From an uncultured Chthonomonadaceae bacterium (GTDB lineage Bacteria; Armatimonadota; Chthonomonadetes; Chthonomonadales; Chthonomonadaceae): 64,000 nt of DNA. The stretch is taken from the NCBI GenBank assembly GCA_963817895.1, contig CAWFQB010000001.1, positions 1,504,001 through 1,568,000 of the forward strand, in the 5' to 3' direction. Under the pieces are notes generated by a model that worked only from the letters and a program-made list of their open reading frames with translations, searched no databases and was not told the DNA's origin. Made by a program: the position numbers and the translations under genes. Position 1 is the first letter of the stretch. Each line of letters begins with the position of its first letter. Shown here piece after piece: positions 1-11,389 of the stretch.

Positions 1-1627
1 CCGCCGCCAGTTCGATGGCAAGCGGCAGTCCTTCCAAACGCTGTCCGAGCAGGGCAACCGCTTCAGCGTTGTCGGGGGTCAGCAGAAAGGAGTAGCGCGC
101 GGCCTGCGCCCGATCCAGAAACAGTTGGATGCCCGGATAGGCCAGCAACCTTTCCGGCGTTTCCGCCCCCTCCGGTGTTGGGAGTGGCGGAAGCGCGATG
201 TCGCGTTCCCCATCCACGTTCAGTTTATGGCGCGATGTGACCAGGCAGGATAAGCGGGGCAGGCGTTGACGCAGGGTTTGCACGAGCGGTGTCCCCTCCT
301 CCTGAAGATGCTCGAAATTATCCAGAATCAGCAGCGCGGCGGGATACGATTGCAAAAATTCTATCGCCTGTTCCAGCGGCGCGGCATGGGCGGAACGGGA
401 TATGCCGAGCGTTTCCACAAGGGCATCGGCAATCAAATGGGGGTGGGCCACATCCGCAAGGGGCACAAACCACACAGACTGGTTGTATTCCGAACGCAAA
501 CGCCGCGCCACTTCCAGCGCGAGGCGCGTTTTGCCCGCCCCGCCCGCCCCTGTCAGCGTGACAAGGGGCGGAGGGAGATTGAAGGGTTGTGGGGCGGAAA
601 CGTCGGCGTAAACTGGCAGGAGGAGGGATAACAAATGCGCGATCTCCTCCTCGCGTCCGAAAAAGCGGGTCAGCGAAATGGGCAGCGGAGGAGCCGGGGC
701 AAGTGTGGGAGCAGGCGGGAGCGGCGAGATTACAGGGCTGAATGGCGGCGTAACCTGCGTTTGCGAAATTGCCGATGAAATGGGGCGGAGGGCATGTACT
801 CCCGTTTCTGCCTCCGCTCCTGTTTTCCCTGCTGCTGCCAATTCGCCGGAGCGTACCTGTTCCATCAGGGCTTTCGTCGCATCTGAGGGTTCCGCATCCA
901 TTTCGACGCGCAGCAGATGTTCCCACTCCTCGTACTGCCGCCGCGCATCCGAGGAACGGCCTGCCTGCGCGAAAACCCGGATAAGGGCGCAGCGCGATTC
1001 TTCCCGCAAGGGATCAGAAGCGACGGCCCTGCGCGCGGTTTCCAGGGCGGCTTCAAACTGGCCGAGGGCGGCATACGCATTGATAAGGCGGCTCATGGCC
1101 TGCCGATGCCGTTCCACAAGGTGTTCGCGCTCGGTCAGTATCCAGTCTTCATAAAAACCCGGCAGAAGTTCGCCCTGATACAAATGAGCGGCCTGTTGGA
1201 GCAGTTCGATCTGGCGGGCGGGAGTTTGTTCTTTCGCAAGCCGGCAGGAAGTTTCAAATTCGGCAACATCGGTCACAAAGGCAGTGGGTTTCAGGCGGAC
1301 GGTGGAGCGATCCGCCATCAGAACGCTGCCGGAGGAAACACCCTCCGGTTCCAGTTCCCGGCGCAGCATGGACAGGGTTTGCCGAAAGCGTTCACGCAGC
1401 GTATCCGGGGTTTCGTCCGGCCACAACTCTTCCGCCAGCATATCGCGCGGATGGGCGCGGTTGGGAAAGCAGGCGAGACGCGCCAGCAGCAGCGTCATGC
1501 GGCGCGTCTTGAAATGTTCCAGAACGCGATCCTGATGGCGCAGGCAGACGCCGCCCAAAAGTTCGATGCGCCATACGACACTCGATTGTTCCGGTGGTTT
1601 CGCAGATTTTGCCGCGTTCGCTGTCAT
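1..1627 (-). CDS. AfsR/SARP-type regulator: winged helix + BTAD + P-loop ATPase (runs off the left edge)
   Basis: Not in the ORF track. Hand translation from the ATG at 1627 gives WRIELLGG, LYQGELLPGFYEDW and DPLREE (BTAD), then LTRFFGREEE, Walker A LTGAGGAGKTRLA, LLILDNFEH and LEGLPLAIELAA. Confidence 0.9.
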   Translation of the reverse strand, partial: MTANAAKSAKPPEQSSVVWRIELLGGVCLRHQDRVLEHFKTRRMTLLLARLACFPNRAHPRDMLAEELWPDETPDTLRERFRQTLSMLRRELEPEGVSSGSVLMADRSTVRLKPTAFVTDVAEFETSCRLAKEQTPARQIELLQQAAHLYQGELLPGFYEDWILTEREHLVERHRQAMSRLINAYAALGQFEAALETARRAVASDPLREESRCALIRVFAQAGRSSDARRQYEEWEHLLRVEMDAEPSDATKALMEQVRSGELAAAGKTGAEAETGVHALRPISSAISQTQVTPPFSPVISPLPPAPTLAPAPPLPISLTRFFGREEEIAHLLSLLLPVYADVSAPQPFNLPPPLVTLTGAGGAGKTRLALEVARRLRSEYNQSVWFVPLADVAHPHLIADALVETLGISRSAHAAPLEQAIEFLQSYPAALLILDNFEHLQEEGTPLVQTLRQRLPRLSCLVTSRHKLNVDGERDIALPPLPTPEGAETPERLLAYPGIQLFLDRAQAARYSFLLTPDNAEAVALLGQRLEGLPLAIELAA

Positions 1628-1795
1628 TGCCTGTCCCTTCAGGATAGGTTAAAAGTTAGAAACATATTACGTTAATTTGACTTACACCTCTGTAAATCCT
1701 TCACGCTTTTTCTGACAAGCGCCTCAACCCCCTCGGCTCAGGATAGAATTTCTCCGAAACGAAACTTTTTCAATGCTGTTGACGGTATACAAACC

Positions 1796-2281
1796 GTGAT
1801 GAGAACGCGATGGATACATAATCGAAGATGGGCGGCGCTGCTGATGACGCTGGCTCTGTTCGCGATGGTTATGCCGTCGCGAGCGGCATGGCTGTGCGCG
1901 AACGGTACGCTCTGTCCGGCAAATTGCCCGATGCTGCGTGACGCTTCCGTGTCTACGCCGCATCATGTAACGTCTGTATCCGCGCGCTGTTCTCATTGCC
2001 TGCCTGCTTTGTCGGCAAGAAGTGGCGTTCTTCGCGCGCCGCAAACCTCCTGCGCTTCATCGGGCTGCGTCTTGCGGGCGGAAACCCATCCGGCAGCGAC
2101 ACTGGCGGGTGACGCGGTTATTTTTCTTCCCCTGCTGGCGCTTCCCCCGCCTATTTCACACCCTTGCGTTGCCTGCATCGAAGAACCCTCGGCGGTTTCC
2201 ATTCCCAACCCTGTTTGCGCGCTTCCACCCTCTTCGGCGCGGCCACACCCCGGTCGCGCCCCACCGTCACGCCTGTCCTGA
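1796..2281 (+). CDS. Cys-rich leader protein with a C-terminal RAPP motif (DUF2946/CruR/CutF-like)
   Basis: N-terminal hydrophobic segment, Cys clusters (CPANC, CSHC, CVAC), Pro-rich tail ending PGRAPPSRLS. It lies directly upstream of a metal efflux operon. Confidence 0.7.
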   Translation: MMRTRWIHNRRWAALLMTLALFAMVMPSRAAWLCANGTLCPANCPMLRDASVSTPHHVTSVSARCSHCLPALSARSGVLRAPQTSCASSGCVLRAETHPAATLAGDAVIFLPLLALPPPISHPCVACIEEPSAVSIPNPVCALPPSSARPHPGRAPPSRLS

Positions 2282-2435
2282 CTACAAAAAGCGCTTTCGG
2301 CAGGTGAGCCTTTTTCACCCTCGCCCGATTACGCGCCGTTCCTTTATCATCCCAACCCAAAGATTTTTGCGCACTGAAGCCATGTTCCGTCTTCTGCCGC
2401 GTGGCTGCGCCTGTTCCAACGCCAGATAAAACAGA

Positions 2436-3998
2436 GTGGAAGCAATGATACGTTCAATCAAATTTCGCTGCTGGACACATTCTTGCCAGGGGTTGAAAAC
2501 CCCTGTCTCTATGGCGTTCCGCCAAGCGTCCTACGGACGCAATCCTTTACTTACAGCCTCCCGCGTCCGAAGGACGCTTGGCCGCAGGCCACTCAGACGG
2601 GTGTTTTCAACACCCGGAAACATACGAACCGATGTACTGCCACTTCTCGCGCTTGCAATAGCAGGCTGCATCTTTGTCTCAGGGAATGTGAAAGCGCAAA
2701 CGCTCGGCGGCGACCGGATGCGGCAAAACGGCCCGCTGACGCTGGCGCAGGCCGTGCAAACCGGACTGCGCGAAAACCTGATGATTCGCGCGGCACAGGC
2801 GGATGTTCGGGCGGCGGGCGAAGAAACGCGAATAGCCCGCAGTCAAACACGTCCACAGGTGTCGGCAAACACGACTCTGGCGTTCGGGGATGCCAACAAC
2901 ATTCTGTATACGGCGGGAAACGTCACGCCGCAAAACTATTTGAACGTGCCTTCACAGGGCTATGCGGATCAGAACCTGACGCTGATGGTTCCGATTTATA
3001 CGAGCGGGCGGCTGGAAAGCGGCGCGCGGGCCGCCACGCAGCGGGAACGGGCCGTCACTTTCGATGCGGGGAGTGTTCGGGCGGAAACAGCCTTGCGAAT
3101 CAAAGATGCGTATTACCGCGCCCTGCTTGCGGGAGAAAACGTTGTGGTGGCGCAGTCCCGCGTGACGGCGAGTACGGCTCTGGCGCAGACAACGCAGGCT
3201 CTGTTTACCGCCGGCAAGGGGCTGGAATCGTCCGTGCGCCGGGTGGAAGCGGAACAGGCCGACGCGCAGCGCATAGTGACAACCGCCCGCAACACACAGG
3301 CGAAGGCTCTGCTCGACCTCAAAGCCGCGATGGGCGTCAATCTGGAATCCGAGATTACTTTGAGCGATACGCTCGGGTTTACGCCGCCAACCGGCGATCT
3401 GGCCGCGCAGCTTGCGGACGCGGCGCGGCTTCGACCGGAATTGCAGGCGACGCGGGCGCGATTGGACGCGGCGCAGGCGCAGACGCAATCCACGCGCGGT
3501 TCGCAGGGACCACAGGTGTATGGCATGGCGATGGCGGACGGGTTTACCTCCCACCCACAGGGAACGCGGGAGGGGTATACCGTTGGCGTGGTTCTCAGCC
3601 TGCCCCTGATAGACGGAGGACAACGCCGCGCGGAAACGGCGCAGGCGCGGGCGCGGCAGGAACGGGCAGACGCCGAATTGCGCGACATGGAACTGCGCGT
3701 CGGCGTGGAAATTCGGCAGGCATGGCTGGACGTGGAAACAGCCGCCGCCAACTATCGTACCGCGCAGGCCGCGTTGCAGGCCGCGCAAGCCGCCTACGAT
3801 GTAACCGCCTTGCGCGTTCAGAACCAGAAGGGCTTGTTGGTGGAGCAACTGGACGCCCTTGCCAGCGTCACGCAGGCGCGGGGAAACGTCGCCCAATCGC
3901 TGTATGACCATTCTCTTGCTCTTGCGCGTTTGCAGCGCGCGGTCGGCAGGCCGGAAACAAACCCCGGCGGAACCATGAAGGGCGGGAACGGACAATGA
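2436..3998 (+). CDS. TolC-family outer membrane efflux protein (true start probably further downstream)
   Basis: LTLAQAVQTGLREN, repeated Ala/Gln-rich helices, LSLPLIDGG, LARLQRAVG. Its stop overlaps the next start (ATGA). Confidence 0.9.
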   Translation: MEAMIRSIKFRCWTHSCQGLKTPVSMAFRQASYGRNPLLTASRVRRTLGRRPLRRVFSTPGNIRTDVLPLLALAIAGCIFVSGNVKAQTLGGDRMRQNGPLTLAQAVQTGLRENLMIRAAQADVRAAGEETRIARSQTRPQVSANTTLAFGDANNILYTAGNVTPQNYLNVPSQGYADQNLTLMVPIYTSGRLESGARAATQRERAVTFDAGSVRAETALRIKDAYYRALLAGENVVVAQSRVTASTALAQTTQALFTAGKGLESSVRRVEAEQADAQRIVTTARNTQAKALLDLKAAMGVNLESEITLSDTLGFTPPTGDLAAQLADAARLRPELQATRARLDAAQAQTQSTRGSQGPQVYGMAMADGFTSHPQGTREGYTVGVVLSLPLIDGGQRRAETAQARARQERADAELRDMELRVGVEIRQAWLDVETAAANYRTAQAALQAAQAAYDVTALRVQNQKGLLVEQLDALASVTQARGNVAQSLYDHSLALARLQRAVGRPETNPGGTMKGGNGQ

Positions 3999-5944
3999 AA
4001 ATGATTCCGTTTGTCATTGGGGCCTCGATTGTCGCGTTCGTTCTGTACCGCGTGTGGCGCACGGGGCAGAAACCGAACTGGCAAAGCGTTGCCAATCGTT
4101 CCGTTTTTGGCGGGCTGCTGCTGCTCTTTTTAATACTGGCGGGGGCCATCTATGCAATCAACAAATACCGGCGTCCTGGTTCCATGACGCCCCTCGAAGC
4201 GCAGACCATGCAAATGGAACTGCCCGCTCCTGCCGGAATCGCGCCCGTCGAGCTGGCGACCGCGCATCTTGGGCGTATCGAAAACACGGTTCGCTATACC
4301 GGGCAGGCAGTGGGGTTTGTGGAGCAGGACGTGACGCCGCGTATCACCGGCACGATCATTGAAATGAGCGCGTACGCCGGGGATCGCGTTCGTCGGGGAC
4401 AACTGCTGGCGCGATTGGATACCAGTCAGGCCGCGCCCCTCGTGGCGAATCAGCGGGCGGGAGTGAACATGGCCGCGCAGAGCGTAGGCGTTGCAAGGAA
4501 AGAGTACCAGCAGGCGCTTGCCGCTATCAACGAAGCCCATGCCGAAGTGGGCATGAAAACGGGAGCGGTGACAAGCGCTCGCGCCGATGTGACAGCCGCG
4601 CAGGAGGAGCGCGCCAACGCGCAGGCGCAAGCGGAAGCCGCGCAAAGCATGAGCGGGGATGCCGACGCGCAAGTACAGGCGGCGCAGGCTGACTGGCAAT
4701 ACTGGCAAGATGAGATCAGCCGGGAAGCCACCCTGCTCAAAGCCGGAGCCGTCACGCGGGAGGAGTATCAGCGCGAACGGGCACAGGCGGAAAACGCGGA
4801 CGCCAAAGCGCGGCAGGCGCAGGCGCGTATCACACAGGTACAGGCGCAAATCCGGGCAGCGCAATCGGCAGTCCGCAAGGCCGAGGCCATGATCGCGTCC
4901 GCGAAATCCAAAGTGGAACAGGCCCAGTCCGAACTCAATTCCCACAACGCGCACGTCCTCTCCACACAGGCGGCGGCGGACTCGGCGCGGCAGAAAATCG
5001 TACAGGCCGAAGCGGGGGTTGCGCAGGCGCGGGCAACCCTTGCGGGCGCGTCCGCCGCTCAGGGGTACAGCGAAATCCGGGCGCAGACAGATGGCGTAGT
5101 CACGCAGCGCGTCGTCAGTCCGGGCGTGCTGGTCAATCCGGGTCAGGTAATTTTGCGCGTGGCGCAGATTTCCCCCATTCGGTTGCAGGCCAATGTCACG
5201 GAGGGCGATCTGGCGCGGATTCGCATCGGCAGTCCCGTTCGGGTCATGGGGCAGGGCGGGACAGGAACGCCCCTGTCGGCGAACGTCACGTCCATTGCGC
5301 CCGCTATTGACCCTGCCGCCCGAACCGGAATCGTGGAGGCCGTTGTTCCCAATCCCAACGCCCGCTTTCTGCCGGGGCAGTACGTCACCCTCGACATTGC
5401 TACGGGCAGCAATCCTAACGCGCTTCTCATTCCGACGTGGGCTATTGGCTACCACACGACTCCATCCGGCGGTGTAATCTCTACGCAGGCTACGCCCTTT
5501 GTCTGGATTGCCGAACAGGACGCGGGGCAGGACGGGCAATATCTGGCCCGCGAAGTTCAAATCACGGTCGGCTTGAGCGACGGGCAGAACAGCGAAGTCC
5601 GTTCCGGCTTGAAAGCGGGGCAAAAAGTGATTACAGCGGGGCAGGACTACTTGAAAGATGGGGACGCGGTTGCTTCGACTGAAGCGTTGGCGTCCGCAAC
5701 GGCTACGCCCATTGCGCCGAGAACGAATACCGGCGGAATGGACTCCATGCCCGGTATGAATCATGCCGCTTCCGGCACAGCCGCAACGCCCCAACGTCCG
5801 ATGAACGCGCCTCCCGTTACGGCCATTCCCAACGCGGCGAAAACGCTTTATACCTGCCTGATGCACCCCGACGTGGTTCAGGATCATCCCGGCGACTGTC
5901 CGAAATGCGGCATGAAATTGGTTCCGAAAGGGAGGGCGAGATGA
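3995..5944 (+). CDS. RND periplasmic adaptor (MFP) with a C-terminal heavy-metal-binding domain
   Basis: Lipoyl-like halves (GDRVRRGQLLARLD, IRAQTDGVV) flank a long coiled coil. A Met/His linker precedes YTCLMHPDVVQDHPGDCPKCGMKL. Confidence 0.9.
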   Translation: MKMIPFVIGASIVAFVLYRVWRTGQKPNWQSVANRSVFGGLLLLFLILAGAIYAINKYRRPGSMTPLEAQTMQMELPAPAGIAPVELATAHLGRIENTVRYTGQAVGFVEQDVTPRITGTIIEMSAYAGDRVRRGQLLARLDTSQAAPLVANQRAGVNMAAQSVGVARKEYQQALAAINEAHAEVGMKTGAVTSARADVTAAQEERANAQAQAEAAQSMSGDADAQVQAAQADWQYWQDEISREATLLKAGAVTREEYQRERAQAENADAKARQAQARITQVQAQIRAAQSAVRKAEAMIASAKSKVEQAQSELNSHNAHVLSTQAAADSARQKIVQAEAGVAQARATLAGASAAQGYSEIRAQTDGVVTQRVVSPGVLVNPGQVILRVAQISPIRLQANVTEGDLARIRIGSPVRVMGQGGTGTPLSANVTSIAPAIDPAARTGIVEAVVPNPNARFLPGQYVTLDIATGSNPNALLIPTWAIGYHTTPSGGVISTQATPFVWIAEQDAGQDGQYLAREVQITVGLSDGQNSEVRSGLKAGQKVITAGQDYLKDGDAVASTEALASATATPIAPRTNTGGMDSMPGMNHAASGTAATPQRPMNAPPVTAIPNAAKTLYTCLMHPDVVQDHPGDCPKCGMKLVPKGRAR

Positions 5945-8900
5945 GAATTACCGATACTAATGAGACGCGCCCCGGAAACAATTTGGCCCACAAACAGAAC
6001 GCGCTTCATGCGATTCACAAATGGAGTATCAAGCATCCGTATGCCGTAATCGCGTTTTACGTGGCGATGGTCGGGCTGGCGTGGATGACGGTTACCGGCT
6101 CGATGCCGCGCCGGTTCGCGCCGTATGTGGAAAGCCCGCAGATCGGCGTTGTCACGATGATGCCGGGGCTATCCGCGCAGGAGATGGAACTCTACGTCAG
6201 CAATCCCATTGAGCAGCAGATGGTGAACGTAAAAGGGCTGCGCTATATCCGGTCGAACTCACAAAACGGGTTCAGCATCGTCACGCTGGAATTCCCGTAT
6301 GGCGCGGACATGCAGAAGGCGCTGACCGATGTGCAGGCGTTGATGAATGTCACGCAATCGCTGCTGCCCGCAACCGGGGCGAACATGAAACCCTCGTGGG
6401 TCGTGCCGATTGACCCGCTCAACCTGCCGGTTCTGACACTGAGCGTACAGGGCGATCCCAAACTGGGCTGGGACATGGCGCGGGTTCGGGAGTTTGCGGA
6501 TAACACGGTTATCAACCGATTAAAGGCCGTGCCGAGCGTGTACTCGGTTGTGCCGTTCGGCGGGTATCGGCGGCAGATGCAGGTGATCGTCGACCGGGAA
6601 AAACTGGCGGCGTACAAACTCTCGATTCTGGATGTCCGCAACGCCATTGACCGCTCCAATGTGACGCGGCCCGCCGGAACGCTGACGAACGGCGCTCAGG
6701 AGAGCATCGTTCGCGTGGACACCCGCGCCCGCAAAGCGCAGGACATACTCGATTATCCGATTACATCCGTAGCGTCCGAGCAAATTGCCTCCACAGGTGG
6801 GACAAACGGCGGTAACGGCGGTTCGCAGAGCAGTATGGGGAGTGGCATGAGCGGCGGTTCAGGCGTTGTTACCCCCGCTATTGCGGCCCAATCTGGAACG
6901 TCAGCCCCGTCGCGCTCCCCGCGTGTTGTGTATGTGCGGGACGTGGCGCGTGTGGTGGATACCCAGTGGGAACGGCGCAGCGGCTACCACTACCTGAAAC
7001 ACGATCCGGGCAAGCAGGCCGAAACCCTGCCTTCTATCGAAGTCTCTGTTCTCCAGAACCCCGGCGCGAGTTCCGCGCAGGTCGTGCCGGAAGTCATGCG
7101 GGTTGTTCAGCAGTTAGAGGCGGAGAACCCCGGCCTGCATTTTGAAACCGCTTATGACAACGCGCATTTCGTCAATATCCTGTTTCACAACGTCTGGGAA
7201 GAGCTGGCGATTGCCGTTCTGCTGACGGGCGTTGCCGTGTTGTTCTTTCTGGGCGAGTGGCGCGGCACCTTGATCGCCATGATTACCCTGCCGACAGTCC
7301 TGGCGATTGCCGTGCTGATGATGGTTCCGTTCCGCATGACCTTCAACAGCGGCACGCTGATCGGATTGTTGCTGTCCATCGGGCGGCTGGTGGACGACAG
7401 CATCATCGACATTCACGCCGTCGAGCGGCATCTGCGCATGGGCAAAGATCCCAAAACCGCCACCATTGACGGCATCGCCGAAGTGCGCGTCGCGGTGATC
7501 GCGTCCACTCTGATGATTGTTCTCGCGCTTTCGCCGCTGCTGTTTTCCGGCGGCATCACGCAATTGATGTTCAAGGAGTTGGTGTGGCCGCTGATTTTCG
7601 GCCTGCTCGCCTCCATGCTGGTCTCCTTCACGCTGACCGCGCTGCTGTGCGCCAACCTGCTGCGCCCCGAAAGCGCCCGCGAAGCCGACCGCGAGCATTG
7701 GCCATTGCGCTGGCTGTACGTGCTGCTCGACCCGTTTCAGCGCTGGCTTCGACCGCTTGGAAAGCGGGTACGGACGCGCGATCCGCTGGATGCTCAAGCA
7801 CCGCTTCGCCAACTTCGCCCGCGTCCTGGCGACGCTGATCTTGGGCATGACCTTCTACTATTTCATCGGCAGCGAGATGATGCCGCTTGCCGATGTGGGG
7901 CAGGCGAACGGCTTTCTGGAAATGGCTCCCGGCACGTCGTTTGCCGAAACGGAACGCGCCGTCGAGCCGGCTGGAGCAGATCATGGCGCAGATATCCCGA
8001 ACTGGAAAAGGCGAGCGTGGAAATCGGCGCGGAAAGCATGTTCGAGATCTTACAGCCCTACTACACCGGCTACCAGATGCCGCAGGTGAACGGCGCGTCC
8101 ATGATGCTGACCTTCAGCGACAAGGACAGCGCAAGCGCACGCATCTTGGAGATCATGGACGCCGTGCAGAAGGAGGCGCTGGCGACCATTCCCGGCATCC
8201 GGCGCTTGCAGATCAAGGAGATGGGCAGCGACGTGATGGCGACGGCGGCCGCGCCCGTTCACGTCAACCTGATCGGCCCGGACCTGGCGAACCTGGACCG
8301 GCTTGGGCAGCGAGACGCTTGGCAGTCGCGCAGAAAATGCCGGAAATGTTTCAGCCGGCGACGACCTGGACGATGGGGCTGCCGGATGTATCAGATCAAG
8401 GTGGACCCGCAGCGGGCGCAGGAGGTGGGACTGACGCCGGAAAGCATCTCCGAGCAGGCGTACTATGCCCTGAGCGGCGGGCTGACCAACGAGTTTTATC
8501 GCCTGCCCAACCTGCGGCAGGACACGATTCAGGTGCGCTACGAGGAGAAGGATCGGGCCACCGCGCAGGATCTGGAAAACCTCTATATCTGACGACGCCG
8601 GACGGGCGGCAGATCCCGCTGAAATCCGTCGCGACCGTCGAGCACGACGTGGCTCCCACCGTCATCGAACACGACGGCTTGAAGCGCGTCATCGGCATCA
8701 CGGGCTACTACCGCATCGGCAATCTGCCTTCGATGGATGTGGTGATGAACCTGGTCGCCAACGTCTATCGCGGGCAATCCGACAAACTGAGCGTCGCGCC
8801 GGTCAATTTCCCGCCCGGCTACGGCATGGAGATGCGCGGCGACATGAAGGAGATGATGAACTCGTTCCGCCGCATGATGTGCGGGCCTGACGCTCGCGCT

Positions 8901-9423
8901 CGTCCTGATGTATCTGGTCCTCGTGGTGCAGTTTCGGGGCTTTTTGCAGCCCTTGCAGATGATCGCCAGCCTGCCGCTGGAACTGGCGGGCGTGTTTACG
9001 GCGCTCTGGCTGGCGCATCAGTCGTTTTCGACGGTTTCGCTTCTGGGCATCATCGTGCTGACCGGCATGGACATCACGACCGCCGTTCTGCTGATTGATA
9101 TGATTATGAAATACCGCGACCGGGGCATGCCACGCGACGAAGCGATTGCAACCGCCTGCCCGCAACGCCTGCGCCCCATTCTGATGACGGCGGGCATCAC
9201 TCTCGTCACCATGCTGCCCGTCGCCCTGCGCCCGAAAACGGGTCTGGACGCCTATCAGCCGCTTGCCGTCGCCGTTGTCGGCGGACTGCTCGTCGGCACG
9301 ATCCTGAGCCTGTTCGACATTCCCATCATGCACACCTATGTCGACGACCTGACCCGCTGGCTCAACAAAACCTTCCTGAACCGCGACTACCAATGGCCTG
9401 TGACAGAGGAAGAAAACGAATAG
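5941..9423 (+). CDS. RND efflux permease (AcrB/CusA/CzcA family) with several frameshifts between about 7750 and 8910
   Basis: PGLSAQEMELYVSNPIE, IGRLVDDSII and RLRPILMTA are spread over ORFs 5905-8592, 7757-8089, 7887-9098 and 8908-9423. Confidence 0.88.
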
Positions 9424-9443
9424 CGGATAGGCTGAAAGTGGAG

Positions 9444-9857
9444 TTACGCGCTTATTTCAATAGACCGTTGCCGTATCCAACCGGTAAACTCTTCAAGAGT
9501 GACCTTGCTATCCGCAGTGGCAAGCGTGAATTCTTCGGCGGCTTCCATATCGCTCAAATCTAATTCATAGCCATTCTGTTCCAGCATTACCGCGCAGGCT
9601 ATTAGCCCTGTGCGTTTGCACCCATCATGGAAAATATGACGGGTCATAATGTGATAGCCAATGGCAGCCGCTTTATCTACGACTGTAGGGTATTGATCAA
9701 CCCCAAAGACTAAACTCTGTACCGCTTCGAGTATGTAATCGAGCGCTACAGAGTTTTCCAAGTTGTCTTTGCCTGTGAATAGTCCACCAGTTGCTTCAAT
9801 CATCTGGCGATTTAAGGCAATAATGTCCGTTCGGGTTATTTGGCTAGTCGTTGCCAT
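9444..9857 (-). CDS. Doc/Fic-family toxin
   Basis: YPTVVDKAAAIGYHIMTRHIFHDGCKRTG resembles the Doc motif HxFxD(G/A)NKR. The ORF is 137 aa and more AT-rich than its neighbours. Confidence 0.85.
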   Translation of the reverse strand: MATTSQITRTDIIALNRQMIEATGGLFTGKDNLENSVALDYILEAVQSLVFGVDQYPTVVDKAAAIGYHIMTRHIFHDGCKRTGLIACAVMLEQNGYELDLSDMEAAEEFTLATADSKVTLEEFTGWIRQRSIEISA

Positions 9858-10024
9858 AGCGGGCGATATTTGTCTATGTAGCGCTGTCCGATAGCCAGAA
9901 CAGCAGGAGAAGGCTCTTCGACAGGAGACACCATGCCGCCTTTTTCATCATCCATCTTAGGGGATGTTTGCTCATCCTGTCGCGTCACACCTGTATTGAT
10001 GGGTGATTGTGAAATGTTTGCCAT
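9836..10024 (-). CDS. Probable antitoxin of the Doc toxin
   Basis: Small ORF overlapping the toxin start, with an AAAGGAG RBS. The C-terminal helix YIDKYRPLWQRLAK resembles Doc-partner antitoxins. Confidence 0.7.
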   Translation of the reverse strand: MANISQSPINTGVTRQDEQTSPKMDDEKGGMVSPVEEPSPAVLAIGQRYIDKYRPLWQRLAK

Positions 10025-10270
10025 TGATTTGTCTCCTTTCGCGTAATTTACCCAACGGGGCTTGTTTAATTACATGGTCATTATACCACTTCCTCTGATA
10101 ATCAAGAGGTGTTTTTCCACACCGCGCAAGAATCAATTATGCTCGCGCCAGACATAATTGTTAGCGGCAGGGCGCGGAAATCGCAATCAGGGTAGGATTC
10201 CGACAAACCTTTCTGGAACTTACAGGGCAGGGACAATACCCAAACGCAAACTGAACTTCACGAGGACAAC

Positions 10271-11341
10271 ATGAACGATACTACTCCTTATCGCTACGCT
10301 ATCATTGGAACAGGCCGCCCGTGGAAAGCAGAGGGCGCGACCGGCTTCGGCATGGCGCACCCGCACTACAAAGGCTTTACCGCCACCAACCGCGTTGATC
10401 TTGTCGCCATCGCCGATCTGGACGATACCCGCGCCCACCAGTTTTTAGAAGACTACAAGGAAGACGCCAAAATCTACCACGATTACCACGAGATGCTGAA
10501 AGAGGAAAAACCGGAGATTGTCAGCATCACGACATGGCCGCATCTTCACGCCGAAATGACGGTTGCCGCGTGTGAAGCGGGCGTCCGGGCTGTCCATTGC
10601 GAAAAGCCGATGGCGACAACGTGGGGCGACGCCAAACGCATGAAAGCCGCAGCGGATGCCAGCGGCACAATCCTGACGTTCAATCATCAGCGGCGGTTTT
10701 TGGAACCGTTTCAAAAGGCCGCGCAGATGATACGGGATGGCGAATTGGGCGATTTGCAGCGGATTGAAGCGCAGTGCGGCGACATGTTCGATTGGGGAAC
10801 GCACTGGCTGGACATGATGCAGTTCTTCAATGAGGAATCGCCGGTCGAGTGGGTGATCGGGCAGATTGACAGCCGGGAAGAGAAACGGGTGTTCGGCGCG
10901 TTTGCCGAAGGGCAAGGATTGGTTCACTACAAGTGGGCGAATGGCGTCCGGGGCCTGCTGATTACCGGGCATGAGGCGAAGTGGGATTGCGCCCTGCGCG
11001 TGACGGGCACAAAAGGAGCGCTGGAAGTGGGTTGGGATATGCCCTGCCTGCGCGTCCGAACGGAAGGAGATTCGGGCTGGCGCATGATTGAGACAAAAGA
11101 GGGCATTCACGGCGAAGTGGCGATTGATCGCGCCTGCGCCGATCTCGTCCGCGCCCTCGACGAACCCGGACACAAGCCCCTCCTTACGGCAGAAAAGGCG
11201 CTGAAGCACACCGAAATTATTTACGCGGCGTACTACAGCAGCCTGTATCGGGGACGGGTAGACTTGCCCCTGACCTACGAAGGAAGCGCATTGCTCGACA
11301 TGGTGGCGCAGGGTTCTATCGGGCCGGACCGCAAAGAATAG
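10271..11341 (+). CDS. Gfo/Idh/MocA family oxidoreductase
   Basis: YAIIGTG, VHCEKPMA, NHQRRF, DWGTHWLD. Confidence 0.92.
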   Translation: MNDTTPYRYAIIGTGRPWKAEGATGFGMAHPHYKGFTATNRVDLVAIADLDDTRAHQFLEDYKEDAKIYHDYHEMLKEEKPEIVSITTWPHLHAEMTVAACEAGVRAVHCEKPMATTWGDAKRMKAAADASGTILTFNHQRRFLEPFQKAAQMIRDGELGDLQRIEAQCGDMFDWGTHWLDMMQFFNEESPVEWVIGQIDSREEKRVFGAFAEGQGLVHYKWANGVRGLLITGHEAKWDCALRVTGTKGALEVGWDMPCLRVRTEGDSGWRMIETKEGIHGEVAIDRACADLVRALDEPGHKPLLTAEKALKHTEIIYAAYYSSLYRGRVDLPLTYEGSALLDMVAQGSIGPDRKE

Positions 11342-11389
11342 GGAGGTGACGCCGCCACCCTGATATAGCCTCCGAAACTAGAGGACACT

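Noticed and set aside
266..1675. Plus-strand ORFs in the track (for example 917-1675)
   Set aside because: They are antisense shadows of the minus-strand BTAD-ATPase gene. The same applies to most long overlapping ORFs in this GC-rich window.
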